Source: an uncultured Candidatus Entotheonella sp.
GTDB lineage: Bacteria > Tectomicrobia > Entotheonellia > Entotheonellales > Entotheonellaceae
DNA length: 64,000 nt
Reading direction: 5' to 3'
Assembly (NCBI GenBank): GCA_965215335.1
Contig: CBDCDA010000002.1
Span: 992,001 to 1,056,000 of the forward strand
Positions 26,094 to 36,406 of this stretch are shown in pieces. The first letter of the stretch is position 1, and the number at the start of each line of letters is the position of its first letter. The notes beneath the pieces were generated by a model that did no database searches, was not told the DNA's origin, and saw only the letters and a list, made by a program, of their open reading frames with translations. A program made the position numbers and the translations under genes.

Positions 26094-28604
26094 TTACTGG
26101 GTTACTTCGGCAGAGACCCTGATCTGATCGGCCACTTCGGCGTATAAGTCTACATTGCTTTCGGGTGCCCTGATACTGACGATCAACGCGTACCGCGCAG
26201 CTTGGTTGTATCGTTCAAGCACGGTGCGTGTCTTCCACCAGCCCAACGAGGGATAGACTGCGATATACCCCCGGCTTGCCAGTTCGGCAGCACTGCCTCG
26301 CCAAATATCTCCATGCAACGAGCCCCTGTGGCGCCCTTGTTTTCCGATCAGCCACAGAGGATCATCACCACTCCGGCGAGTCCCCTCTTCTTCATCCCGT
26401 GCGGCTGAGTTGATCCGGTTCCGAAAGTTGTCGATGGATTCGAGTGGCCGTTTGACGTCGAAACGGAGACCATGAGATTCGTAGCGATAACGCGAACGCC
26501 CCCGTCGCGACGGGTTGGGCTCAATGAAATAGGACAGCGTTACCCGCATTTCAACCTGCGTTTCTCCCATATCTTCCAGAACGTCTCGCGGCCATGGCAG
26601 GCTGTGGAGGTGCATGTCGCGCAGGGTGGGTTGCTTACCGGCCTCTCGCTTGAAAGGATGCAGACTTTCCTGAATGACCATGGTCAGGGAGTCCGCCACG
26701 CTCCAAAGCGCACGGTCGAGATTCGGTACGCCGAATCCACATCGCCGAATCATGCGCTGGTAGTCCTGCTTCGACGGATTCCCAGTGCGCGGCAGGAACG
26801 AACGCTTCATTGTGCCGGTCCATTCCGCCGAGTGGACGATCAGAGCGCGAATCGTCTCTGGCCACAAATCTCGGTATTCGGCCATGATCTGGGCCGCCAT
26901 TCGCGAGGCAAGCGCGGTCGCTGCGCTTGTAGCATTGGCCGTCGTGAAGAGCCGGTCTGCCGGCCGATGGTGTGTTGTCAGCAGGCTCAGACTGGGCATC
27001 CAAACCGCGCTTAAGGAATCCTTCGCAGCGTTACCCCCTTCAAGTACTACGTCAGGTTTGAGCGGCCAGTGTCGTGGCCAAATCAGGGAGGTTGTACTGA
27101 AGGGGCTCAAGCCGCCTTTGGGGGCTATCGGTGTGTAGCCGCTTGCATCGGCCTCAGTGATCTGCACCAACTCTGTGTATGCCCCAACGGTGAGCGCGTT
27201 CCAGGCTTGCGCGGGATCATGCACACTGTCGGTGTCGTTGCTGTCAGGGTATCTGGACCATGCGTTGTTGTCGTTGATATTTCCGGCGGATACGACCAGC
27301 AGGCGCGGGTTGCCTCCATCTCCGTTTGTATCGGCGGCCAAGGAATCAATCGCGGCTGACCACGCCGACGGCTGTCCTCGGTCGCGATTGTCACGGGCTG
27401 TGACAGTCATCCCGAAAACTCTGGACCGGGATGGCGCGGTGATCTCGGGACGCGCTACCGCCTCTTTCGTCAGATATCCATGGTGAAGGGGGTCTGATCC
27501 CGTTGCTCCATCGCAGGGCAGCAGCTTCACGGATTCGAGACGATGGTTGATCTCCAGGAAGTTGCTGCCTGCAAGGAGCGGTGTCAGGTCTCCGGCAAGA
27601 GCCAGCCCTGCCATTCGCGTTCCGTGACCATTGGTATCGTCAGTCCCCCATCCAGGTTCAACGGTATGCAGATCATTGGCCGCAAGTGCGAGGCCAAGCA
27701 GCTGGTGGCCGCGATTGACGCCCGTATCCAGCAGACAGACAGAGGGGATTCCTTCCCCGTCGCGCGTGTATCGGGTTCGACCCAGCAGGTCTTCGAGCCA
27801 TTCGTGTTGTTCATCCGCTCTCATGGAATCGAAGAAGTCGGCGGTCTCCTTTGCACGCCGCAATTCAGCAATGGTGTTGAGCGTGACCATGGAGCGTTGC
27901 ATCTGATCGACCGATGCAAAAGTCAACAACACCGTACGCTCCAGGAAAGCCACCTCGCCGGGAGCCACGCGCATTCCTTGTGCCTCGGCACGCTCTCGGA
28001 AAGCGTTCGTGGTGGCGTCGCGGTTGCCCCGAATGGGTAACCACACTTCCCACCAGAATGGTTCTTCATCGGCGGCTGGGAAGATCTCCTCAGAATCGGT
28101 CCAGAGCGCTCGAAGGCTGGCTACTCGAATCCGCTCGATCGCGTCAATCAGCTTCCTGTTATCGCGGGCGCGGCCGGCGCGGTCTCGCTTCTCTGCCAAA
28201 TAATCGCGTATGAGGCTCTCGAAATGATCGAGCTTGCCATCAGGTACAAAGACGGTGGCCCAGGTTCGGTCGCCCTCCTCCTCACGGACATTCAGTAATT
28301 CGATCCCCGAGCGCTCTCGAGCCAAACTCTCGAATGCCATTTCAACCTCGGGGAAACCCTCGAACTCAATCTGAAGCCCTAGACCTTCTTCTTGGATTCC
28401 TACCGCCTGCTGGGCTCTTCGGGCAGTATCCGCCTCAGCTCGAACTTCGCTGAGTTGATGTTGCAGTTCTGCGCCATGCCGGGATCTATCCTGTTCCGGG
28501 ATATGTGGGCGCCCCCCGCCTTGCTGCGGAGAACGATACGCCTCCGTTCCGGTGATACTTCTGAGGACGAAATGTCGATATCGTCCTTCAATTCCCTCTG
28601 CCAT
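26094..28604 (-). CDS. S8 family serine peptidase (IetS-like)
   Basis: 836 aa. CLLDTGVN, GHGTRMAG, VVSAGN, DPAQAWNALTVGA, KPDVVLEGGN, ATSAATA, RVTLSYFIEPNP. Confidence 0.88.
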   Translation of the reverse strand: MAEGIEGRYRHFVLRSITGTEAYRSPQQGGGRPHIPEQDRSRHGAELQHQLSEVRAEADTARRAQQAVGIQEEGLGLQIEFEGFPEVEMAFESLARERSGIELLNVREEEGDRTWATVFVPDGKLDHFESLIRDYLAEKRDRAGRARDNRKLIDAIERIRVASLRALWTDSEEIFPAADEEPFWWEVWLPIRGNRDATTNAFRERAEAQGMRVAPGEVAFLERTVLLTFASVDQMQRSMVTLNTIAELRRAKETADFFDSMRADEQHEWLEDLLGRTRYTRDGEGIPSVCLLDTGVNRGHQLLGLALAANDLHTVEPGWGTDDTNGHGTRMAGLALAGDLTPLLAGSNFLEINHRLESVKLLPCDGATGSDPLHHGYLTKEAVARPEITAPSRSRVFGMTVTARDNRDRGQPSAWSAAIDSLAADTNGDGGNPRLLVVSAGNINDNNAWSRYPDSNDTDSVHDPAQAWNALTVGAYTELVQITEADASGYTPIAPKGGLSPFSTTSLIWPRHWPLKPDVVLEGGNAAKDSLSAVWMPSLSLLTTHHRPADRLFTTANATSAATALASRMAAQIMAEYRDLWPETIRALIVHSAEWTGTMKRSFLPRTGNPSKQDYQRMIRRCGFGVPNLDRALWSVADSLTMVIQESLHPFKREAGKQPTLRDMHLHSLPWPRDVLEDMGETQVEMRVTLSYFIEPNPSRRGRSRYRYESHGLRFDVKRPLESIDNFRNRINSAARDEEEGTRRSGDDPLWLIGKQGRHRGSLHGDIWRGSAAELASRGYIAVYPSLGWWKTRTVLERYNQAARYALIVSIRAPESNVDLYAEVADQIRVSAEVTQ

Positions 28605-28625
28605 GTCGAAGCTGTGCGCCTCCCT

Positions 28626-29615
28626 CTACGCTTTGTTTTCGTCCAACCTGTTGAAGATGTTCTTGCGTTCGTCAAGCATGGTCTTGATGTCCGATTCACG
28701 AATCTGGGTGCATTGTCGGATCAGCGCATCTTTCAAAACGTCGTTTGCAGCGCGTGTGACCTCCGCGTGGTTCAATCCTGCGGCCCAATCGGCGAGAGCC
28801 TGCCACCGAACTCGCTTTGCAGCGGTTCCGGCGAGGCGCGTCTTCAGCAGTTTTGCGATCTGCGACTTGTCCGGCAGGTTGTAGGGCAGAACATCGTCGA
28901 AGCGTCGGTACAGGGCGGGATCAAGAATCTCGGCATGATTGGTGGCTGCGACAATGAGGCCGTGCGAACGGTCCTGCTCAATCATTTTCAGGAAGCTGTT
29001 CAGAACGCGGCGGATTTCGCCCACGTCGTTCGTAAGCCCGCGTTGCGATCCGATCGCGTCGAATTCATCAAAGAAATAGACACCGCGGGTCCGGCTCGTG
29101 GCGTCAAATATCTGCCTCAGCTTGGCCGCGGTTTCTCCCATATATTTCGTAATGAGCCCGTCAAGCTGGACTTGCAGGAGGGGAAGACCCAGTTCGCCGG
29201 CCAGTACGGAGGCCGTCAGGGTCTTCCCTGTACCGGGGGGGCCTATCAGCAGGAGCTTCCGCCGGGGCGAGAGACCGTGCTCCATGATTCGGCCAGCGTG
29301 GCGCTGCTCCCGCATGACGCGCCGAAGCTGTTCCTCAAGGGTATCGCCAAGAATGATATCTCCCAGGCGGGTCTTCGGGTATGACACTTCCAGCAAGCCT
29401 GCCAATTCGCCCCGCGGGCGATTGATCGGCACAGGTGCCACCGTGCTACGTTGACTCTTCGCGTTGTCAATCAGAGCGCGCAAGTCTTCCGCCAGTTTGC
29501 CGTGGCCGAGTTTGGCTTCGTGGGCGGCGACCTGCATAGCGACGGAATAGAAGCGGTCGTCGTCGCCTTCAATGTGCGAAGTCAAGAGAGCTTTGAGTTG
29601 ATCAGCGCTAGCCAT
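28626..29615 (-). CDS. AAA+ ATPase (IetA-like)
   Basis: GPPGTGKT, FFDEFDAIG, GEIRRVLNSFL, AATNH, LDPALYRRFD. Directly upstream of the S8 peptidase. Confidence 0.88.
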   Translation of the reverse strand: MASADQLKALLTSHIEGDDDRFYSVAMQVAAHEAKLGHGKLAEDLRALIDNAKSQRSTVAPVPINRPRGELAGLLEVSYPKTRLGDIILGDTLEEQLRRVMREQRHAGRIMEHGLSPRRKLLLIGPPGTGKTLTASVLAGELGLPLLQVQLDGLITKYMGETAAKLRQIFDATSRTRGVYFFDEFDAIGSQRGLTNDVGEIRRVLNSFLKMIEQDRSHGLIVAATNHAEILDPALYRRFDDVLPYNLPDKSQIAKLLKTRLAGTAAKRVRWQALADWAAGLNHAEVTRAANDVLKDALIRQCTQIRESDIKTMLDERKNIFNRLDENKA

Positions 29616-29642
29616 TGTGGTCTCACTCCTCGGCAAACACGA

Positions 29643-32426
29643 TCAGACCCGAAACACCTTCATCACCTCGTCCCCCAAATGGTTGATGACCTTCACGGCG
29701 ATACGCCCGGATGCAGGCTTGCGAAACGGTCGCGACGTGTCGCTGTGCAGCGTCGCCCAGGCGTCTTCGTCGATTTCGGCTTTCAGGGTGGTCTTGAGCG
29801 CCTTGTACGGATCGTTGGCGCCGAGAAAGTAGGCGTGGCGGACGAAGAAGCTCTCCTCGTCGTAGTCGGTGTCCACGAACCAGCAGGCGATGCCGTCGGC
29901 GTCGTCGCTGCGGATTTCGCCGGTGGCGGGGTGGAACACGTCCACGCCGTTGATCTTGACTCGCATGCAGCCGTCTCCGGTCTCCCGGACGTCGATGTCC
30001 GGCTCGCCGAAGACGACGAACAGGTTGCCCTTGCCGGTGTTCTTGAGGTCGCCGGCCATGTGCAGGTCGGCGTTCATGCGCGCCTTGAGGACGGGGACGC
30101 GGCCGAGCTTGTTGAACTCCGAGGCGTGCGCGTCGTAGTTGAAGGCGCAGGCGACCAGCGCGTCGAAGCCGGCGTCGGCGGCCTCGCGCACCGCTGTCAC
30201 GAGGTCGGGGCGGGAGACGGTGCCGAACTCCGGGCCGATGAAGATTCCGGCGCGTTTCTCCGCGCCGGAATCGGTGTCACCTTCACTATAGGTTCCCTCG
30301 GCGCAGACGAGATTGCCTGGCCAGGGCGTGAGCGAGGCGAACGCGATGCGGTCCTGCTTGTGCGCCTGCTGGACGCCGGAGGTTTCGAGGTGCTTCAGGA
30401 TCATGCCGGCGAAGTCCTGCCTGTCGCCGTAGCCGAGCTTTCCTTCGGCGACGTTGTCGATGAGATCGTCGTTCTCGTCCACTCCCAGCAGGCGGTGCGG
30501 CGACAGGCTGTCGACGGTGAACGGCCCGGCGACGCGGACCTTCTTGCTGTCCTCGCAGGGCTTGTCGTAGAGGTACTCGTAGTCCGCCCTGGCGGCGATG
30601 GAGGCGTCGATTTCCTTCTGCCGGTCGATGCGCTGTTTCCACCAATCGGCGTGCAGCTTGCGGCCCGCCTCGGGCCAGGCGCCGGCTTCGCGGGGGATTT
30701 CCCACTCTTCCCAGGCCGTTCCGAGCGCGCCGTTCAGTTGCTCGCGCAGTGGTTCCAGCGTCTCCTGGAACTTCTCCCAGATGACGTCGATCTCGGCGTT
30801 GTTGGCGATGGACTTGAGGGTGACGTGCGGCACGCGCTGGTACACGAATCCCTGGCGGAGGTCGTTGTGGGTGGGCGCGTCGGCGGGCGCCTTGCGGGTG
30901 ATTTCGGCTTCTTTCAGTTGCCCGTCGCGGCTGTCGGCGAGCAGATACCAGGGATAGCGGGCGCCCATGATGCGGGCGCGGGCCAAGGCGAGGGCGACAC
31001 GGGAGGTGTCGATGGTGATCCAGCGGCGGCCCCACTGCTCGGCGACGTAGGCGGTGGTGCCGGAGCCACAGGTGGGGTCGAGGACGAGGTCGCCGGGGTC
31101 GGTGGTCATGAGGAGGCAGCGTTGGATGACTTTCGACAGCGTCTGCACAACATAGACCTTGTCCTCTGCAAACCCGCTTATGGCTGTGTCGAGCCACGCC
31201 GAACCAACAGGAAAGTATGGAGAATCATTGAAGTACCGAACATATCGGGGTGTCTCGCCTATCCTAATGACACGCCCTGCTTTTTTTAATCTTTCGACTC
31301 CAGCCGCATTGGACTTCCAGCCGCCCTTACGAGGCGAACGAATGGTGAATCCATTTACTGAGAAGTCAAAGACGGTCGTTTCGCTTGCTGTCTGAGATGT
31401 AAAATTGTCGTGCGAGAAAAGACGGTAATCCTGCAAATCCAAATTGTTGGCGTCAGCTTCTTTGAAGTGTCCAGCATTGTTCATGAGAAATCGATACTGT
31501 TTCGCACCAACTTCACCGGGGACCCGCATCAGGTAAGGACGACGAAATTTGGCGGAGTCGCGGCTCTTCGCATACCACAACAGGTAATCAAATGTTTCGT
31601 CCAGGTATTTCCCGCCGAGTCCGGCCGTCTTGGAAAACTTGATCGTTACCACGAAATTCCTCTCCCCGAACACCTCATCCATCAGCGCCCGCACCCGGTG
31701 CACGTTCTCATCCCCGATCTGCACGAAGATGCTGCCGCTTTCCGCCAGCAAGTCCCGCGCTACCGTCAGCCGATCCCGCAGGTACGTCAGGTACGAGTGA
31801 ATCCCGTCCCGCCACGTATCCCGGAACGCCTTCACCTGCTCCGGTTCGCGGGTGACGTGGGCGGCGTTGCCGTCCTTCACGGCGCGGCTGGTGGTGGACC
31901 ACTGGAAGTTGGAGTTGAACCTGATGCCGTAGGGCGGGTCGAGGTAGATGCACTGCACCTGGCCGCGCAGCCCCTCGCGCTCGGCCAGCGACGCCATCAC
32001 CTGCAGGCTGTCGCCGAGGATCATGCGGTTCGACCAGTTGGCGTCGTGCTGGTAGAACTCGGTGCGGGCGTCGGCGTCCGGCAACCCGTTGAAATCGGCG
32101 AACAGGTCGGGCTGCCTCTCGCTCGCTTTCTCGCCCGCCCTGGTGCGCCGGGACAGGTCGTCGATCAGCACCTTGGGGTGCACCTTTTCCTGGATGAACA
32201 GCGGTGGCGCCTGAATGGTCAAGGCCGACGAGTCCTGTTCATCCTTGCCGCGCCAGACGAGTTGCGGGTCGAGGTCGCGGTTGCGCCGTTCGCAGGCGAC
32301 CTGGATGGGACTGCGGTCGTCCTCTGCCATCACCGCCTGGTATTCGGCGGTGGGGATGTTCTTGCGCGACGCTTCGCCGTGCGTGAGGGTGGCAATGGTC
32401 TTGGTCTTTCTGGATGTTCGTGCCAT
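29643..32426 (-). CDS. mod: Type III R-M modification methylase (Mod)
   Basis: NRMILGDSL, IYLDPPYG, AFRDTW, then TRD, then GDLVLDPTCGSGTT (beta-class motif order) and IAVKVINHLGDE. Confidence 0.88.
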   Translation of the reverse strand: MARTSRKTKTIATLTHGEASRKNIPTAEYQAVMAEDDRSPIQVACERRNRDLDPQLVWRGKDEQDSSALTIQAPPLFIQEKVHPKVLIDDLSRRTRAGEKASERQPDLFADFNGLPDADARTEFYQHDANWSNRMILGDSLQVMASLAEREGLRGQVQCIYLDPPYGIRFNSNFQWSTTSRAVKDGNAAHVTREPEQVKAFRDTWRDGIHSYLTYLRDRLTVARDLLAESGSIFVQIGDENVHRVRALMDEVFGERNFVVTIKFSKTAGLGGKYLDETFDYLLWYAKSRDSAKFRRPYLMRVPGEVGAKQYRFLMNNAGHFKEADANNLDLQDYRLFSHDNFTSQTASETTVFDFSVNGFTIRSPRKGGWKSNAAGVERLKKAGRVIRIGETPRYVRYFNDSPYFPVGSAWLDTAISGFAEDKVYVVQTLSKVIQRCLLMTTDPGDLVLDPTCGSGTTAYVAEQWGRRWITIDTSRVALALARARIMGARYPWYLLADSRDGQLKEAEITRKAPADAPTHNDLRQGFVYQRVPHVTLKSIANNAEIDVIWEKFQETLEPLREQLNGALGTAWEEWEIPREAGAWPEAGRKLHADWWKQRIDRQKEIDASIAARADYEYLYDKPCEDSKKVRVAGPFTVDSLSPHRLLGVDENDDLIDNVAEGKLGYGDRQDFAGMILKHLETSGVQQAHKQDRIAFASLTPWPGNLVCAEGTYSEGDTDSGAEKRAGIFIGPEFGTVSRPDLVTAVREAADAGFDALVACAFNYDAHASEFNKLGRVPVLKARMNADLHMAGDLKNTGKGNLFVVFGEPDIDVRETGDGCMRVKINGVDVFHPATGEIRSDDADGIACWFVDTDYDEESFFVRHAYFLGANDPYKALKTTLKAEIDEDAWATLHSDTSRPFRKPASGRIAVKVINHLGDEVMKVFRV

Positions 32427-32434
32427 GGGATCAG

Positions 32435-35400
32435 CTACTCCCTGCGGACCTGCAATTCCGATTCATCAATATCCGCTGGCTGGGACTGCTTTGTCAAACG
32501 ATTGAACTCGAACTCCACTCTGGCCTCGAAATCGGATTGCATGTCATACACGTCCGTGAACTCGGCGAAGGCCCAACGGCCGTAGGCGTGGAGGTTGTTC
32601 ACGCCGGGCACCCAGCAGGTCTCCATCGTCTCCTTCTTGTCTTTTGCGTCCTCTCCCCGGTAGCCCTTGATCTCGACGATCAGGTTCAGCGCCTCGCCGC
32701 AGCCGTCGTCCAGGACCACGATGAAATCGGGGACATAGGTCCGGGCCGTGGAGCCGCTTCGGTAGGGGACTTCCAGGCCGAGGCCCTGGTTCTTGACGTA
32801 GGCGCGCACGGCGCGGTGCGCTTCGACGACGCGGCAGAATTCTGCTTCCCACGCGCTGTCGAGGATCGCCCAGTTGACGTGGCAACGCCGGGGAGCCGTC
32901 CTGTAGCGGAGCGTCTTGGCCGTGTTGAAGTTGACGTGCAGGGTGGAGCCGACGGGGTTATAGGGAGCGAGCACGGCCTTGACTGGCCGGCTGCCGATTT
33001 CCGCGCGCGTGATCGCCGCGGTGATGCGCTCGCAGGCCAGGTCGGCCAGGTCCCGGTACATGAGTTGGGCCGGGCAGGTGTTGCCCTTGCAGACGAGGCA
33101 GGTATCGAGCCATTTGCGGGTGATGCGCTTGAGCTGGCCGAACAGGTGCAGCTCGGGTTCCTCGTCCGGGTCGCGCCACCTGGTGTAGAGCAGCCGCTGC
33201 GTCAGGTTGTAGAGCAGGGTCGCGCGCCGCAGGGCGCCGGTATGGACCAGGTCGAGGTCGATGCCCGCGCCGATGATCCCCTCGTTGCGCGTTTGCGTCG
33301 GTCCCGTGAGCTCCGGCGTCAGTTCCAGGACCGAGTCCTCGCTGAAGGTGGCTTGCAGCCGTTCGTCCGGCAGTTCCACCCGGTATCCGGCGACCCTGGG
33401 AAAGCGGATTTCGAGGTGGTCTCGTTCGGGGTGGATGGCCCTGACCTGGACGGTCTCGCGCGGCGGCCGGGGCGGGGCGACGACCGGCCTGGCCGTGAAG
33501 TCGAACGGGACGCCGAGGACGTCCGCGTACTCGACGTCGAGGAGGCCGTTTTCCCCGACGTCGTAGGACTGCCGGCGCAGCGCCCTGCCGACGACCTGCT
33601 CGCACAGGAGTTGCGTGTCGAAGGCACGGACGCCGAGGACGTGCGTGACGGTGCTGGCGTCCCAGCCCTCGGTCAGCATGGAGACGGAGACGACGCAGCG
33701 GACCTGGCCGCCGAGCCGTCCGGCCTTGCCCACGGTATTCATGGCCTCGCGCAGCAGGTCGTGGTCCGAGAGGTTCTCGGCCTGCCGGCGGTCGCCGGTG
33801 CGGGCGACGATCTCGTGACGGAAGCGCTCGATCTCGTCGGCGGCCAGGTTGCGGAAGTTCCTGTCCAGCCCCTCCCCGGATTCGAGCTGCTTGCTGTCGA
33901 TGAGCAGCGTGCGCGGGCGACCGAGCGGGGCGCCGGCCTCGTCGTGGTTGCGGAACAGCGCCAGGCGGCCGTTCACCAGGGTTCTGGAGCCGTCGGGGTT
34001 GTCGCGCCGGAAGCCCGAAACGTAGTCGTACACCAGCTTGGAGGTGGCGGTGTTGTTGCAGACGACGATGAAGCAGGGCGGCGTCTCGATGCCGGCTTGC
34101 CGCCACAGCCCGAATATCTTCTCGTAATGGCCGTACAGGGCTTTCAGCGCCGTTTCCAGCATGGACGGCAGGCTGAGCGGGTCGGAGGCGGACGTTTCCT
34201 TGCCGCGGCCTTTCTTCGGCATCTGGCTGCCGATGTGATTCCAGAGATTGCGGAGTTTCGGCATGTCGTTGCCGGGGACGTTGTCGGCGACCGGGACGCG
34301 GGGCAGCTTGACGATGCCGCACTCGATGGCGTCCATGAGGGAGAAGTCGCTCAGCGTCCAGGGAAAGAGCGTACCCTCGGCGTAGCCGGAGCCGCGCAGG
34401 AAGAACGGCGTCGCCGACAGGTCGATGATGCGGTTCAGGCTGAGCTTTCGCCATGCCGCTTCCAGGCCGGAGAGCCACAGCCGCGCGGCTTCGCGGTTCT
34501 TCCTGGCTTCTTCCAGGTCGTCGCCCTTCAGGTTGCCCTCGTCGTCCTCGCCCGGTTTTTCCCGGTAGCAGTGATGCGCTTCATCGTTGAGGACCAGGAC
34601 GTTCGTCGTGCCCATCAGTTCCGGCATGACGCGCCGGAGCATTTGTCCTTCGCTTTCCTGGACGGCGAGCGGTTCGCCGCGTCCCTGGAGCAGGGCGCGG
34701 CCGCCTTTGGACAACTCGAGTTGGTCTCGCAGCTTGAAGGCGTGGTAGTTGGTGATGACGATCCTGGCCTTGTTCAGATCGGCGAGCATGTCGCCGGGGA
34801 CCAGCTCGCGGCTGCGGTAGTAGCTGTCCGGGTCGTTCGGCTGCAAGACGCGCAGGCGGTCCTTGATGGTGATGCCGGGCGTTACGACCAGGAAGCCGCG
34901 GGTGAACCGCCGGCTGCTGGGATGGCGTACGGCGTTGATCGTCTGCCAGGCGATCAGCATGGCCATGACGGTCGTCTTGCCGGCGCCGGTGGCGAGTTTC
35001 AGCGCCAGACGGGAAAGGCCCGGATTCGCCTGTTCGTTCGCGTCTCGCAGGGCGTCGAGGAATTGTCTTCCGGCGTTGCCGAGTCCGGGCGCGACTTCGG
35101 TCAGCCAGATGACCGTTTCGACGGCCTCGACCTGGCAGAAGAAAGGACGGAAGCCGTTGAACCTGCATGAGCGCCAGTGTTCGAGCAGGCGGGCCGTCTC
35201 CGGGGTAACGCGCCAATTTGCTTTTGGAATCCCTCGCCAGTTGCTGACGTGGCGGCGGATGCTTTCGATGTTCTCCATCAGGTCGTACCGTTGGTCGTCG
35301 GTCCCGATGCCTCTTGCGGCGGCGTCGAAGACCATGGACGTCTGGTTTCCCGCCGCCGGGCCACGAAGTCTCCTGGCGCTCGGGACGGCGGTGATGAATC

Positions 35401-35524
35401 TGGCTGGCCGGCGTTCTTCGATGATCTTCTGGGTCGGCTGTCCGGCATCGTCGAGTTCCCAATGCCGGCTCGGGCGCTCGTACGGAGAATTGAGGATGGG
35501 CTGGTTGAAGAACTGCTCGTTCAA
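32435..35524 (-). CDS. res: Type III restriction endonuclease Res (BPTD_3080-like)
   Basis: PILNSPY, ATGAGKT, NDEAHH, LSATP, MLTEGWD, EQVVGRALRR, and C-terminal YVPDF...EIKG nuclease motif. TTG start with GGGAGA RBS. Confidence 0.88.
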   Translation of the reverse strand: MNEQFFNQPILNSPYERPSRHWELDDAGQPTQKIIEERRPARFITAVPSARRLRGPAAGNQTSMVFDAAARGIGTDDQRYDLMENIESIRRHVSNWRGIPKANWRVTPETARLLEHWRSCRFNGFRPFFCQVEAVETVIWLTEVAPGLGNAGRQFLDALRDANEQANPGLSRLALKLATGAGKTTVMAMLIAWQTINAVRHPSSRRFTRGFLVVTPGITIKDRLRVLQPNDPDSYYRSRELVPGDMLADLNKARIVITNYHAFKLRDQLELSKGGRALLQGRGEPLAVQESEGQMLRRVMPELMGTTNVLVLNDEAHHCYREKPGEDDEGNLKGDDLEEARKNREAARLWLSGLEAAWRKLSLNRIIDLSATPFFLRGSGYAEGTLFPWTLSDFSLMDAIECGIVKLPRVPVADNVPGNDMPKLRNLWNHIGSQMPKKGRGKETSASDPLSLPSMLETALKALYGHYEKIFGLWRQAGIETPPCFIVVCNNTATSKLVYDYVSGFRRDNPDGSRTLVNGRLALFRNHDEAGAPLGRPRTLLIDSKQLESGEGLDRNFRNLAADEIERFRHEIVARTGDRRQAENLSDHDLLREAMNTVGKAGRLGGQVRCVVSVSMLTEGWDASTVTHVLGVRAFDTQLLCEQVVGRALRRQSYDVGENGLLDVEYADVLGVPFDFTARPVVAPPRPPRETVQVRAIHPERDHLEIRFPRVAGYRVELPDERLQATFSEDSVLELTPELTGPTQTRNEGIIGAGIDLDLVHTGALRRATLLYNLTQRLLYTRWRDPDEEPELHLFGQLKRITRKWLDTCLVCKGNTCPAQLMYRDLADLACERITAAITRAEIGSRPVKAVLAPYNPVGSTLHVNFNTAKTLRYRTAPRRCHVNWAILDSAWEAEFCRVVEAHRAVRAYVKNQGLGLEVPYRSGSTARTYVPDFIVVLDDGCGEALNLIVEIKGYRGEDAKDKKETMETCWVPGVNNLHAYGRWAFAEFTDVYDMQSDFEARVEFEFNRLTKQSQPADIDESELQVRRE

Positions 35525-35658
35525 TGGCGGGGTCTCCCGTCTTGTCGGTGCTGCGTGCAACTATCGGGCGGACGTGCGCGTGGGTGGTAACATACATGCG
35601 ATGGAGCGGTAGCTCTGGCAAACGAGATCGACCACCCGAGCAGGCTTGCGAGGACGTT

Positions 35659-35979
35659 CTAGCCGTAGATGGCCCTGTGCAGTTTCGGCCAAGTCCACTC
35701 GACAACCGGCCCGGCGCCTGGCAAGCCCTTGGCGTCACTCCCTTGCGGCCTCAGTTGAAATCTGCGCTTCCTCAACCCCTTGGCAATCCTGATCTCTTGA
35801 AGCACCCCAGCGGCGCAATGGGTATGCTCGCCTGGCAAAACGATGAACACGTCACACTTCGAGATGGCACTCTGAGCGCGCCGCAGCCATGCATCGTCGG
35901 GGCAGGCTTCCTTCAGAGAATTGGTCAGCGTCAACAGGCGTCGGCGACAAGCCCCGAGCAAGTCAACTGCCATGGTCAT
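35659..35979 (-). pseudogene. ThsB-like TIR domain fragment lacking a recognisable N-terminus
   Basis: SLKEACPDDAWLRRAQSAISKCDVFIVLPGEHTHCAAGVLQEIRIAK...VEWTW. The GVxxEI putative catalytic Glu is present; the first strand (FISF/Y) is absent. Confidence 0.6.
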
Positions 35980-36406
35980 AGAGCGTAAAATCGCGGTCGA
36001 GCCATAACACGTAAAATATGTGTCCTTGGCGGTATCCCACCATCGCCTTTCGGCCAGAAAATCGGAAGGCAAGGAAGATCACGTCCGGGGTGACGTGTGC
36101 CGGAATACCCGTCCGCAGTCTGTTTCGGGGCAGTTTTTCAGGACCCAAACCGTGTCTTGGAGCGCCTTGGATCTCATTCCAGGTCAGTTGACTTCGCTTG
36201 TACAAGGCGTCGGCGAAATCGCCTTTTTCCCGCAGCTCACACGCATCCAGGCCATACTGACCACGGTCCAGGCATGCAAGAGAAAAGGCGGGGTGCAGTT
36301 GACCGGACGGAATGCCGGTGCTGGCAGGAGCCCGCACGCGCCGGCCCTGGATAATTGGCGGGGAGATGATTTTCTTGCGGTTCGGGTTACACCGTTTCGG
36401 AGCCAC
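35963..36406 (-). CDS. Putative toxin partner of the Panacea antitoxin
   Basis: Overlaps the antitoxin 3' end. LTWNEIQGAPRHGLGPEKL, AFRFSGRKAMVGYR..HIFYVLWLDRDFTLYDHG. Confidence 0.7.
   Translation of the reverse strand: MAPKRCNPNRKKIISPPIIQGRRVRAPASTGIPSGQLHPAFSLACLDRGQYGLDACELREKGDFADALYKRSQLTWNEIQGAPRHGLGPEKLPRNRLRTGIPAHVTPDVIFLAFRFSGRKAMVGYRQGHIFYVLWLDRDFTLYDHGS

Noticed and set aside
31281..31287. A7 tract in mod as a phase-variation switch
   Set aside because: Short, in frame, and within an AT-richer segment where such runs arise by chance.
29451..35170. Long + strand ORFs (612, 391, 918 aa)
   Set aside because: Antisense shadows of mod and res, expected with high GC3.
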